In this document: positions 1 through 8,999 of the stretch, piece after piece
Layout of the letters: each line of letters starts with the position of its first letter
Numbering within the stretch: the first letter of the stretch is position 1
Source of the DNA: Nitrospirota bacterium
GTDB lineage: Bacteria; Nitrospirota; UBA9217
Direction of reading: 5' to 3'
DNA length: 48,024 bases
NCBI GenBank assembly: GCA_029858565.1
Contig: JAOUEV010000024.1
Location: 1 to 48,024 of the forward strand
Made by a program: the position numbers and the translations under genes
Notes under the pieces: generated by a model
Databases searched by the model: none
Told to the model about the DNA's origin: nothing
What the model saw: the letters and a program-made list of their open reading frames with translations, nothing else

Positions 1-64
1 ACCGGTGGATCCCAAATCCCTCATCATGACCGTGCTGGACCTGCTCCCTCCGAGCTATAAGTAA
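1..64 (+). CDS. 3' end of probable response-regulator receiver protein (partial)
   Basis: Frame 2 reads PVDPKSLIMTVLDLLPPSYK*, resembling the (K)P-beta5/alpha5 end of a REC domain; TAA at 62-64. Confidence 0.5.
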   Translation, partial: PVDPKSLIMTVLDLLPPSYK

Positions 65-128
65 GTTTCACACCAGTTGTTTCGATTTTTCCCCGGATCG
101 ACACTCATATATTCAGTCAGATACATTA

Positions 129-137
129 TGGTATAAT
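129..137 (+). promoter_or_regulatory. Extended -10 promoter (TGGTATAAT)
   Basis: Consensus TGnTATAAT about 65 nt before the ATG at 202; SD AAGGAGG present. Confidence 0.55.
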
Positions 138-201
138 GCTGAAGAGTGCAATGTGATGCATATGCACTGATGAATTTCATGCTTCATTAAGGAGGCCGGC
201 C

Positions 202-1623
202 ATGGAGTTGAATGCTTCATCGAAAGTGAACGACCTGCTGAATCGCTACCCCTTTCTCAAGGACTACCTTGTCGGTTTGAACCCCGAGTTCAAGATGCTC
301 GACAATCCTTTCATGCGCAAGACCGTGGGCAGGATCGCCTCGCTCGGCAAGGTCGCGATGATCGGCGGCATGGACGTGAGGGATCTGCTGAACGGCATTG
401 CCGCGGAGATCAAGAAAAAGACCGGCGAGACCGTTGCCATTTCTGTCAAGGAAGGCGGCGTGAATGAGGACGCTGCGCGCATCGAGACCATGAAGAACAT
501 CATTAAGGAACTCCATGCGGGCAAGGATGTGGAAAGCCAAAAGAAGAAGTTCCAGGAGCTGATCAAGGATGTGGCGCCCTGGGAGATCGCCCAGATGGAG
601 CAGCGATTGATCGCCGAGGGCATGCCTGAAACCGAGATCAAGAGCCTCTGCGACGTCCATGTGCAGGTCTTCAAGGAGGCCCTGGAGCACAAGACCGTTC
701 CCGGTTTGCCTGCGGGCCATCCGGTGCACACGCTGATGCTTGAGAACCGCGAAGCAGAAGCGATCCTTGCGGAGATCGACAAGGTCGCCGACTTCCGCGC
801 TGAGAAGGATGTGCTGCTCAAGCTCCTGGACAAACTTGCCGAGATCGACAAACATTTCGTGCGCAAGGAGAACCAGCTTTTTCCGATACTTGAGCAAAAG
901 GGCGTGACCGGGCCTTCCAAGGTCATGTGGGCGCTCCATGACGATATCCGGGGCTTCATCAAGGATGTGCGCAAGCGGGTCTTGGATGGGAACATGGAGC
1001 CTGTTGCGCGGCAGGCGCTTGCCAAGATGGTGAACGACATGATCTATAAGGAAGAACACATCCTGTTCCCCATGGCGCTTGAAACACTTTCCGAGGAGGA
1101 ATGGGTCAAGGCCGCGAAAGGCGAGGAAGAAGCGGGCTACGCGTGGATCAAGCCGGACTCAAAATGGAAGCCGGTCGCGGAATCGTTCCCGCCGCAACTG
1201 CTGGCTGAAAGGACCGGCAGCCTGAACCTGGACACAGGTCAGCTCACGCCGGACCAGGTGAACCTGATCCTGACCCACCTGCCGGTCGACATCTCCTTTG
1301 TAAATGAGAATGACGAGGTGGCTTACTATTCCGCATCGCCGGAGCGCATCTTTCCCCGGAGCCCCGGGGTCATCGGCAGGAAGGTCCAGAACTGCCATCC
1401 ACCGAAGAGCGTTGACACGGTCGAAAAGATCCTGGCGTCTTTTAAAGCCGGTACGAAGAGCAGCGCCGAATTCTGGATCCAGATGCGCGGCAGGATGCTC
1501 CATATCCGATACTTTGCCGTGCGCGACCAGGCTGGGGTTTATCGCGGCTGCCTGGAAGTGAGCCAGGATATCACGGAGATCCAGAAGCTGACGGGCAACA
1601 AGCGGCTGCTGGACTGGGAGTAG
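202..1623 (+). CDS. DUF1858/DUF438 hemerythrin-like + PAS_10 domain protein
   Basis: LCDVH, GHPVHTLMLEN, H..RKENQLFP, VMWALHDDIR, MIYKEEHILFP and C-terminal CHPPKS/EFWIQ motifs. Confidence 0.85.
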   Translation: MELNASSKVNDLLNRYPFLKDYLVGLNPEFKMLDNPFMRKTVGRIASLGKVAMIGGMDVRDLLNGIAAEIKKKTGETVAISVKEGGVNEDAARIETMKNIIKELHAGKDVESQKKKFQELIKDVAPWEIAQMEQRLIAEGMPETEIKSLCDVHVQVFKEALEHKTVPGLPAGHPVHTLMLENREAEAILAEIDKVADFRAEKDVLLKLLDKLAEIDKHFVRKENQLFPILEQKGVTGPSKVMWALHDDIRGFIKDVRKRVLDGNMEPVARQALAKMVNDMIYKEEHILFPMALETLSEEEWVKAAKGEEEAGYAWIKPDSKWKPVAESFPPQLLAERTGSLNLDTGQLTPDQVNLILTHLPVDISFVNENDEVAYYSASPERIFPRSPGVIGRKVQNCHPPKSVDTVEKILASFKAGTKSSAEFWIQMRGRMLHIRYFAVRDQAGVYRGCLEVSQDITEIQKLTGNKRLLDWE

Positions 1624-1639
1624 AAAAACCTGCATGCCT

Positions 1640-1717
1640 TTTCACCGCAGAGGACGCGGAGGAAAGCAAGGCATGAAGAATGAATTCTCCGCGCCCTCTG
1701 CGTCTTCGGCGGTGAAA
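1640..1717. repeat. Inverted tandem-repeat element, 9-mer type (GCAGAGGAC)
   Basis: TTTCACCGCAGAGGACGCGGAGG...CTCCGCGCCCTCTGCGTCTTCGGCGGTGAAA. Confidence 0.85.
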
Positions 1718-1740
1718 TCTTTCAGCAGGTTGCTGAAATT

Positions 1741-2685
1741 ATGAATATTCTCATTTGCGGCATGGGAGCGCTCGGGACCGTGTTCGGGGTGCTCCTGAAA
1801 GATGCGGGTCACTCTGTATTCGGCCTTGCCAAAGACCGGCAATTGTCCGCCTTGCAGGGGAAGAAGCTCGCGGTGACGGGCATCTGGGGCGGGCACGAGG
1901 CAGTGCTGGACCAGGTCGAAAGCTCGATCGAGCCGCTTCGCAGCGTCAATTTTGACCTTGTCGTGCTCACGGTGAAATCCTACGACACGGCCGAGGCAAT
2001 CGCCGAACTGAAGCCGCTCGTGGGCAGGAATACGCTGGTCATGGTTGCGCAGAACGGCTATGGCAACTACGAGACCGTTGCGCGAGCGGTCGGCAAGGAA
2101 CATGCGCTGCTGGCACGCGTTATCTTCGGCGTGAAGCTCCTTGCCTTGGCGAGCGCGGAGGTGACGGTGATCGCCGACGCGGTGCGCATCGGTCAGCCGG
2201 ACAATGCTGTTCCTGAAGCACAGGTGCGGGAGGTCGCCGCCGTGATCAACAGCGCGGGCATCCCTGCGGAATATGCCGCGAACATAACCGCGATCCTGTG
2301 GGACAAGATCCTCTACAACGCGGCATTGAACCCGCTGGGAGCTCTGCTCGAATGTACGTATGGTCAGCTTGCCGAAAACCAGGATAGCAGGCTGCTGATG
2401 GACCGGGTCATCGACGAGATCTTTCTGGTCGCCGGCGCGCAGGGGATCAGCCTCAACTGGCGTTCAGCCGAGGACTATCGCGTCCATTTTTACGGGAGGC
2501 TCGTTCCGCCGACGGCTGTGCACTATCCATCCATGTATCATGACATGAAAGCGGGGAAACGCCTCGAGATCGACGCGTTGAACGGAGCAATCGTCCGGCT
2601 TGCCCGGGAGCAGGGCGTCTCTGTACCGGCGAACGAGGTGATCGTGCGTTTGATCCGTGCGAAGGAGGCGCTGCACCGGATATGA
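1741..2685 (+). CDS. panE: 2-dehydropantoate 2-reductase
   Basis: GMGALG Rossmann motif, VKSYD, QNGYG, WDK..YNAALNPL, SMYHD, EIDALNG. Confidence 0.9.
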   Translation: MNILICGMGALGTVFGVLLKDAGHSVFGLAKDRQLSALQGKKLAVTGIWGGHEAVLDQVESSIEPLRSVNFDLVVLTVKSYDTAEAIAELKPLVGRNTLVMVAQNGYGNYETVARAVGKEHALLARVIFGVKLLALASAEVTVIADAVRIGQPDNAVPEAQVREVAAVINSAGIPAEYAANITAILWDKILYNAALNPLGALLECTYGQLAENQDSRLLMDRVIDEIFLVAGAQGISLNWRSAEDYRVHFYGRLVPPTAVHYPSMYHDMKAGKRLEIDALNGAIVRLAREQGVSVPANEVIVRLIRAKEALHRI

Positions 2686-2713
2686 TCAATGGAACGCCTC
2701 CCGATCTTTCCGC

Positions 2714-2742
2714 TTGACATCACCCCGAAGTTTCACTACAAT
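2714..2742 (+). promoter_or_regulatory. Sigma70-type promoter
   Basis: TTGACA-17-TACAAT. Confidence 0.7.
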
Positions 2743-2748
2743 CGCCCC

Positions 2749-3074
2749 ATCCTTTCCGAAGTTGCAAGACCTGCAGTACCCCCTGAACGTAAGAACGTGG
2801 TCAACTTGTTCGCCAGCGGTTTTTGCTGAACGATCGGTGTCCGATCCGCTGGTGATCATCAGCGCGAACGCACGGCCGTGCGTGCGACCCGCTGCCTTGA
2901 TCGATGCGCGGAGAACGAGCGTATCCTGCATGCCCGCATCCTCTGGCGTCGGGTGTTCACGGGGAACTGCCGCGGTCGGGAGCGCAGGGAGATCCTGCGG
3001 ACCGGCAGCGCGAAGCACAGGCTCAGGAACGCTACGTTCTGCGGTTAACCTTTTATCGGATCAAAGGAGGTCAC
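2749..3074 (+). ncRNA. Candidate structured 5' leader or ncRNA
   Basis: About 325 nt between promoter and ATG with several stems and two long-range pairings; no family recognised. Confidence 0.3.
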
Positions 3075-4628
3075 ATGGGTCTTTCCAGGTATCATCGGTT
3101 CGTCATGGTTTTTCTTGTTTTGCCAGCACTCATTCTTTCCGGCTGCGCAGGGCCAAGAAAATTGCAGCAGGCGGAGGAACGCTATGGCACTGATTCAGAA
3201 GCCCTGTCCGTATTTCACCGCACGATGGAAGGGGACGGCGGTCTCGGGCTGCGTTTTCCCGGGTATTTGATCGGGATCGAGAAAGCCAAGCGAAGCAAGA
3301 TCGGCATGCCGGGAAAGTGCGCATGGTATCAACGCAAGGCGACAGCGGATGCGGACGGTCTTGACCGTTCCTATTTCAACGGGAACGATGAATATTATGG
3401 GGAGGTAAAAGGCATCCTCGATGATTGCAAAAGAAGTTTTGTCAGCCACATCGTCCAGTATGAGCTCGCCCAGGACCTCCACGGTCTGCCCTTTATACGG
3501 GAGCAATTCATTCATAATGCCTACGACAGGACACTGCTGGACCAGCAGGCCTATGATGCCGGGAAGTACGCTCTGCTCACGAAGCTCAAACAGAACATCC
3601 GGAACAGGCTGACGGCGGCGCGGACCCAGGAGCCCTATACCCACATCATGGTCTACTCCATGGGATGGAACACCGATCAGCAGGAAGCGCTCCGGAACTA
3701 CAACAGCCTCTTGTACCTGATGCTGCAGGAGCGGAACGGCCGGCCCTTCAAGCCGCTCTTCATCGGCATTTCCTGGCCGTCGGAATGGAACTGGCCGGTC
3801 CTGGAAACCCTGGGACAACTGATCAGCTACGGAACAAAGGCCAATGACGCCGACGAGGTCGGCATGGTTTGGATAAGCCAGCTTCTTCGGCAGGTTCTCA
3901 TCCCCCTCAAGCAGGAGGAACAGAAGGACGGACATGAGCTGCCGATCATCATGGTGGGCCACAGTTTCGGCGCCCGTGCGATAACAAGCGGGGTCTTCGG
4001 ATATCCCAGCGCAGCGACAAAGGACCATTCAGCGAAGGATGTCGATCTGGTCATCGGTCTCCAGGGCGCATTTTCCGTTAAACGGTTCATGCAGGAGGTC
4101 GGCGGCGAAGGCGGACCATACCGTGATTTCAAGGAATATGCGAACAAGTTCGTGTATACCTGGAGCCGGCATGACACTGCGAACACGAGCGCTTTCTGGT
4201 CCCGTCACATCGGAGGGCGGAGCGGTTACAAAGCCACCTGCGGGAACCGGGCGTTCGCGCAGTACGCGATCAAGGCGGATGTCCGGCAGGGGAAGAAGTG
4301 CGATGGCGAGTTCTGCGAACACAACAGCGAGGACCTTGAGTATCGCGGCGTTGCGCTTCCCGCGGTGGTGCCTGCGGGCAACACAGCAGCGCCGTGGAAA
4401 GACAGCTTTGCCGATCCAACGACGATATCCATCGTTGACGCGACCGAAATGGTCCGCTACGTTCCCTATGCAAAAGGCGGCAAGGCGCATAGCGATATTT
4501 ATACGCCGGGCATAGCCAATTTCACCTGGGATGTTCTGGTGGACGCGGCCGAGGCGTCCCGCGGCAAGATGGCGCGCTTCAGCAGGGAAGGCGCGTCACT
4601 TAATCCCACCGGCGAGGTCGTGAAATAA
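3075..4628 (+). CDS. Lipoprotein with alpha/beta-hydrolase domain (DUF900-like)
   Basis: SD AAAGGAGG before ATG 3075; lipobox LILSG-C; MGWN, ISWPS, GHSFG nucleophile elbow, late HS. Confidence 0.7.
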   Translation: MGLSRYHRFVMVFLVLPALILSGCAGPRKLQQAEERYGTDSEALSVFHRTMEGDGGLGLRFPGYLIGIEKAKRSKIGMPGKCAWYQRKATADADGLDRSYFNGNDEYYGEVKGILDDCKRSFVSHIVQYELAQDLHGLPFIREQFIHNAYDRTLLDQQAYDAGKYALLTKLKQNIRNRLTAARTQEPYTHIMVYSMGWNTDQQEALRNYNSLLYLMLQERNGRPFKPLFIGISWPSEWNWPVLETLGQLISYGTKANDADEVGMVWISQLLRQVLIPLKQEEQKDGHELPIIMVGHSFGARAITSGVFGYPSAATKDHSAKDVDLVIGLQGAFSVKRFMQEVGGEGGPYRDFKEYANKFVYTWSRHDTANTSAFWSRHIGGRSGYKATCGNRAFAQYAIKADVRQGKKCDGEFCEHNSEDLEYRGVALPAVVPAGNTAAPWKDSFADPTTISIVDATEMVRYVPYAKGGKAHSDIYTPGIANFTWDVLVDAAEASRGKMARFSREGASLNPTGEVVK

Positions 4629-4666
4629 CCGTCTGTCTGATCTGCGGTAACCGCCCCGATTTCAGC

Positions 4667-4706
4667 GGCTGAGGCAGGGGGGGAGATGCTGCTCCCCTGC
4701 CTTAGC
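4667..4706 (+). terminator. Hairpin after lipoprotein gene (probable terminator)
   Basis: GGCTGAGGCAGGGG...CCCCTGCCTTAGCT stem; weak U tract. Confidence 0.45.
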
Positions 4707-4844
4707 TGTCATTTCCTGTCCGTTCGGCCGGGTTTTGCGGGATTTTCAGCTGCCGCTTCTTCATCCGGTTCTTCGCTCTTGAAATCCTCTTTTTAATTTG
4801 CTAGATTATCCTCCCGAAACGATACAATCCTGCGAGGTGCCGCC

Positions 4845-6752
4845 ATGTCCGTTCAAAAGATGGAGTTCAAAACCGAAGTAAAAGAGCTGCTCAACCTGAT
4901 GATCCATTCCCTCTACTCCCACAAGGAGATATTCCTCCGGGAGCTGATCTCGAACGCCTCGGACGCGATCGACAAGGCCCGGCACGAATCGCTCACGAAC
5001 AAAGAGATTATCGAAGCCTGCGGTGAGTGGAAGATCAAGATCATTCCCGATACAACAGCCGGGACGCTGACGATCAGGGACAACGGCATCGGAATGTCCA
5101 GGGACGAGGCCGTGGCGGAGCTCGGAACCATCGCCCACTCGGGCACCCGGGAGTTCATGCAGGCGCTCAAGGATGCTTCGCAAAAGGACAAGCCGGGCCT
5201 GATCGGACAATTCGGCGTGGGATTCTATTCAGCATATATGGTGGCTGACAAGGTAGTCGTGGTCTCGCGCAAAGCAACGGAAAAGACGTCCAGTGCCATC
5301 AAGTGGGAGTCGATCGCAGATGGATCGTTCACCATCGGGGATGCGGAAAAGGACCGGCCGGGCACTGATGTGATCCTGCACCTCCGGGAGGAGGATAAGA
5401 AATACCTGCAGGAGTGGGAGATCCGGGATGTGGTCAGAAAGTATTCCGATTACATCGAGCATCCGGTTGTCATGGACATCACGCGGGAACAGGAAGACCC
5501 CGCTGACAAGGAAAAGCGGATCAAGACGACCGAAGAGGAAACGCTCAACTCGCGCAAGGCGATCTGGCTCAAGGACCCGTCGGAGATCAAGCCCGAGGAA
5601 TATAACGACTTCTACAAGCATGTGTCCCACGATTTTACAGATCCCGCCAAAGTTATTCACTACCGGGCGGAAGGCACTTCGGAATTCACCATGCTTCTCT
5701 ATGTTCCCCAGCACGCTCCCTACGGTATCCTGTACCGGGATTTCAAGATCGGGCCGATGCTCTATGTGAAGCGCGTCCAGATCATGGACCACTGCGCGGA
5801 AGTGCTGCCGGAGTACCTGCGGTTCGTCAAAGGCGTGGTGGATTCCTCTGACCTGCCGTTGAACGTCTCCCGCGAGATCCTGCAGTCGAACCGGCATATC
5901 GAGGTAATAAAGAAGAACATCGTCAAGAAGGTGCTCGACACCCTGGCGGAGATGAAAAAGAACGACGCACCGGGCTACGAGAAGTTCCACAAGGAGTTCG
6001 GCCGCGTGCTGAAAGAAGGGATCCATTTCGATTTCAGCCGCAAGGAGCAGATCGCCGACCTGCTGCTCTATGCCTCCACCAGGACCGATGCGGGAAAACT
6101 CACGACCCTTGACGAGTATGTGAAGAACATGCCGATCGCCCAGGATGCGATCTACTACATCACGGGCAGGCCGGACGAGAATATCCTGCAGTCGCCCTAT
6201 CTCGAAGCCTTCCGCACAAAAGGGTACGAGGTCCTGATCCTGACCGACGACATCGACGACCTTATCATGCTGGACCTGCAGGAGTACAAGGGCAAGAAGA
6301 TCAAGTCGGTGATCAAGGGTGATGTGAGCCTGGACAAGGAGAAACAGGCGGAGAAAGAGGCGCAGAAGGGCAAGTTCGAGAAGCTCCTTTCCCGGCTCAA
6401 GGACCGGCTGAAGGACGAAGTAAAGGACGTGCGGCTCTCGGGCAGGCTCACGGATTCGGCCTGCTGCCTGGTCGCCGAAGAAGGCGGGCTGGATCCGCAG
6501 ATGGAAAAGATGCTCAGGTCCATGGGACAGGATGTGCCGTCGCAAAAGCGCATCCTGGAGATCAATGCCGAACACCCGGTATTCGCGGTCATGAACAGCA
6601 TGGTGGAGCAGGGTGGTTCGGACGAGCAGGTGCAGGAGTATGTCGATCTCTTGTACAACCAGGCGCTTTTGCTCGAAGGGTCGAAGCTCAAGGATCCTGC
6701 CGGGTTCGCCCGATCGATCTCGAAGCTGATGGCAGGGGGAGGGAAGAAGTAG
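4845..6752 (+). CDS. htpG: Chaperone HtpG (Hsp90)
   Basis: LYSHKEIFLRELISNASDA, DNGIGM, IGQFGVGFYS, LPLNVSREILQ. Confidence 0.97.
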   Translation: MSVQKMEFKTEVKELLNLMIHSLYSHKEIFLRELISNASDAIDKARHESLTNKEIIEACGEWKIKIIPDTTAGTLTIRDNGIGMSRDEAVAELGTIAHSGTREFMQALKDASQKDKPGLIGQFGVGFYSAYMVADKVVVVSRKATEKTSSAIKWESIADGSFTIGDAEKDRPGTDVILHLREEDKKYLQEWEIRDVVRKYSDYIEHPVVMDITREQEDPADKEKRIKTTEEETLNSRKAIWLKDPSEIKPEEYNDFYKHVSHDFTDPAKVIHYRAEGTSEFTMLLYVPQHAPYGILYRDFKIGPMLYVKRVQIMDHCAEVLPEYLRFVKGVVDSSDLPLNVSREILQSNRHIEVIKKNIVKKVLDTLAEMKKNDAPGYEKFHKEFGRVLKEGIHFDFSRKEQIADLLLYASTRTDAGKLTTLDEYVKNMPIAQDAIYYITGRPDENILQSPYLEAFRTKGYEVLILTDDIDDLIMLDLQEYKGKKIKSVIKGDVSLDKEKQAEKEAQKGKFEKLLSRLKDRLKDEVKDVRLSGRLTDSACCLVAEEGGLDPQMEKMLRSMGQDVPSQKRILEINAEHPVFAVMNSMVEQGGSDEQVQEYVDLLYNQALLLEGSKLKDPAGFARSISKLMAGGGKK

Positions 6753-6879
6753 GATAAATAATGCAGGCAGGTCCATGTTATTGGAATGACAGCGAATCTT
6801 CAAAAATCTCACTTGAATTGCAGATTTGATGTATGCTATAGTTCAGTAGGTGGGATTGTTAATAATAATAGGTGTATTT

Positions 6880-7116
6880 ATGACCAAGAAAAAAGCGTAT
6901 AAAAGTGATTACATATTTGTGACCCCATCATTTCTGATGGGAATGGGGAGTGTTTTGAATATTGCAGGAAATTATTTTTCTATTTCTCAAGCAGTTACTC
7001 CTGAGGATGCGGATTATCGGGCAATCGAATCTGATTGGGGGATTGTGGGCCGTGATATCCTATCGGCTACAGAGCAAATCGAAAACGAACAGACTCGCTC
7101 GCAGAAGAGCCGATAA
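6880..7116 (+). CDS. Small hypothetical protein preceding DUF2335 gene (low GC)
   Basis: AT-rich ORF with FLMGMGSVLNI...AIESDWGIVGRDI; upstream TTGAAT-18-TATAGT promoter. Confidence 0.6.
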   Translation: MTKKKAYKSDYIFVTPSFLMGMGSVLNIAGNYFSISQAVTPEDADYRAIESDWGIVGRDILSATEQIENEQTRSQKSR

Positions 7117-7128
7117 CCTACGGACACC

Positions 7129-7623
7129 ATGAAACAAAAAACGGAGCAAACTGTTGATAAAAAAGACGCTAGCAAGAAAGATGATAATGCTAGTGTTCCA
7201 ATGCCAAAAGAGTTGGAGCCCGTGCTCAAGGACCTGCCTGGGCCAACGCAGCAAAAAATACTGAAAGCTTTTAAAAGTGTCTCAATTCATCAAAGTTTCA
7301 GCGGTCCGATTCCTCCCCCCAATATCCTCAAGGGCTACAACGATGTTGTAAAAGATGGTGCCGAGAGAATTATGTCAATGGCTGAGAGGCAATCGAACCA
7401 CCGGATTACGCTGGAAGATCACGCTATTCGTGAGGAGTTGAGACAAAGTGGACGGGGACAGATATTCGGCTTTGTCTTAGGTATTGTCGGCTTGGGATTG
7501 GCAACGTATCTCGCTATATATGGTCATGAAGTGATAGCTGGCGTTTTCGGCACAACAACGATAGTCGGTCTGGTAGCCGTATTCGTTATCGGGAAAAAAG
7601 CACAAAAGCAGGAAGAAGAGTAG
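7129..7623 (+). CDS. DUF2335 family membrane protein
   Basis: FSGPIPPP..L.GY...DGAERIMSMAE.QSNHR followed by two TM helices. Confidence 0.8.
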   Translation: MKQKTEQTVDKKDASKKDDNASVPMPKELEPVLKDLPGPTQQKILKAFKSVSIHQSFSGPIPPPNILKGYNDVVKDGAERIMSMAERQSNHRITLEDHAIREELRQSGRGQIFGFVLGIVGLGLATYLAIYGHEVIAGVFGTTTIVGLVAVFVIGKKAQKQEEE

Positions 7624-7644
7624 GGGATTCACTCCTTGAAAATC

Positions 7645-7674
7645 AAAAAAGCCGGGGAAGCTTCCCCGGCTTTT
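7645..7674. terminator. Bidirectional intrinsic terminator
   Basis: AAAAAAGCCGGGGAAGCTTCCCCGGCTTTT between convergent genes. Confidence 0.85.
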
Positions 7675-7698
7675 GCCGTTTTCGCAATGAAATAAACG

Positions 7699-8553
7699 TT
7701 ACAACCGCACCGCGACCCCCCGCTCCTTCAGGTATTCCTTCGTCTGCCGGATCGTGTATTCCTTGAAGTGGAAGATCGAGGCCGCCAGGCAGGCGTCGGC
7801 CTTTGCCTTCACGAACCCGTCGTAGATATGCTCCAGATTGCCGACGCCGCCGGATGCGATGACCGGGATCGAGACCGCTTCGGACACCGCCCTGGTCAGC
7901 TCCAGGTCATATCCGGTCTTCTGTCCATCCTGGTTCATGCTGGTGAGCAGGATCTCTCCCGCCCCATACTCTTCCATCTTTTTTGCCCAGGCAACCGCGT
8001 CGATGCCCATGGGCTTTCTGCCGCCGTGAGTATACACTTCCCACATTGCGGATTGCGGATTGCCGATTGCGGATTCAGACAGGAACAAATCCTTATACTT
8101 CGGATCGTCGGCCCATTTGAGGGGCGGCTTGAAATCCGGGTCATGAGCGACGACGCGTTTGGCGTCTATGGCCACGACAATGCACTGGGAACCGAAGCGG
8201 TTGGACGCGGCTTTGATGAACTCGGGATCAAGGACCGCGGTGGTGTTGATCGAGACCTTGTCCGCGCCGGCAAGCAGCAGGTTCCGGATGTCGTCGAGCA
8301 CTTTGATGCCGCCGCCCACAGTGAGGGGCATGAAGACCTGCTCCGCGGTCCTGCGCACCACGTCAAGGATGATGCCCCGCTCCTCATGAGAGGCGGTGAT
8401 ATCCAGGAACGTGAGCTCGTCGGCGCCCTGTTCGTCATAAGCCTTGGCGATCTCCACCGGGTCTCCGGCGTCGCGCAGGTTCACGAAGCTCACGCCTTTG
8501 ACCACGCGGCCGGCTTTCACATCCAGGCAGGGAATGATACGTTTTGTCAGCAT
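7699..8553 (-). CDS. hisF: Imidazole glycerol phosphate synthase cyclase subunit, with expanded 37-aa loop
   Basis: [36 protein letters not shown]. Confidence 0.97.
   Translation of the reverse strand: MLTKRIIPCLDVKAGRVVKGVSFVNLRDAGDPVEIAKAYDEQGADELTFLDITASHEERGIILDVVRRTAEQVFMPLTVGGGIKVLDDIRNLLLAGADKVSINTTAVLDPEFIKAASNRFGSQCIVVAIDAKRVVAHDPDFKPPLKWADDPKYKDLFLSESAIGNPQSAMWEVYTHGGRKPMGIDAVAWAKKMEEYGAGEILLTSMNQDGQKTGYDLELTRAVSEAVSIPVIASGGVGNLEHIYDGFVKAKADACLAASIFHFKEYTIRQTKEYLKERGVAVRL
8045..8075. repeat. ATTGCGG heptamer array inside hisF
   Basis: ATTGCGG ATTGCGG ATTGCCG ATTGCGG ATT; encodes [11 protein letters not shown]. Confidence 0.85.
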
Positions 8554-8597
8554 AGGAAGGTCACCATCCGATAGCGAATATCCTGTTCTCCCAGCAT

Positions 8598-8993
8598 TTA
8601 TTCTTCCCCGGTTTTGAACCGCATGCTCAGGAGAGGTATGTTTCTGAGCAATGGGGCCGAGAGCAGGTAAAGGAGCAACCCGACCGCGTCCGCGCCGAGA
8701 TCAAGGAGAGAAAAGTTCCTTTGAGGAAGAAAGTATTGAGCGATCTCTATCGCAAGTCCGTAGCCAAGAAGCGAGATCGCCTTGAGCCCGAGGAAATCCT
8801 TTTTTGGCCAGGAAAAGTCCACGAGCAGCGCAAGCGTGTAAAACGCGGCCAGATGGTTGATCTTGTCATTAATGTCCTTTGCGACCGGGACCTGCATGTT
8901 TGTTGTCGCGAGAAAGGAAATCGCGCATAAGGTTATTGCCAACATCACCCGATAGAGAAGGACCAGTTGTGATTTCCTCATAATGACTGACAA
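8598..8993 (-). CDS. VanZ family membrane protein
   Basis: [30 protein letters not shown]. Confidence 0.85.
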   Translation of the reverse strand: MSVIMRKSQLVLLYRVMLAITLCAISFLATTNMQVPVAKDINDKINHLAAFYTLALLVDFSWPKKDFLGLKAISLLGYGLAIEIAQYFLPQRNFSLLDLGADAVGLLLYLLSAPLLRNIPLLSMRFKTGEE

Positions 8994-8999
8994 GCGGTT

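Noticed and set aside
2749-3060. Assignment as 6S RNA, SRP, tmRNA, RNase P or a c-di-GMP/c-di-AMP riboswitch
   Set aside because: Hallmark motifs not found by eye; kept only as an unassigned candidate
2904-3074. Upstream extension of the 574-aa ORF
   Set aside because: A strong SD and lipoprotein signal start at 3075
4776-4810. Sigma32 promoter or CIRCE before htpG
   Set aside because: CTTGAAA is present but there is no CCCCAT -10 and no TTAGCACTC inverted repeat
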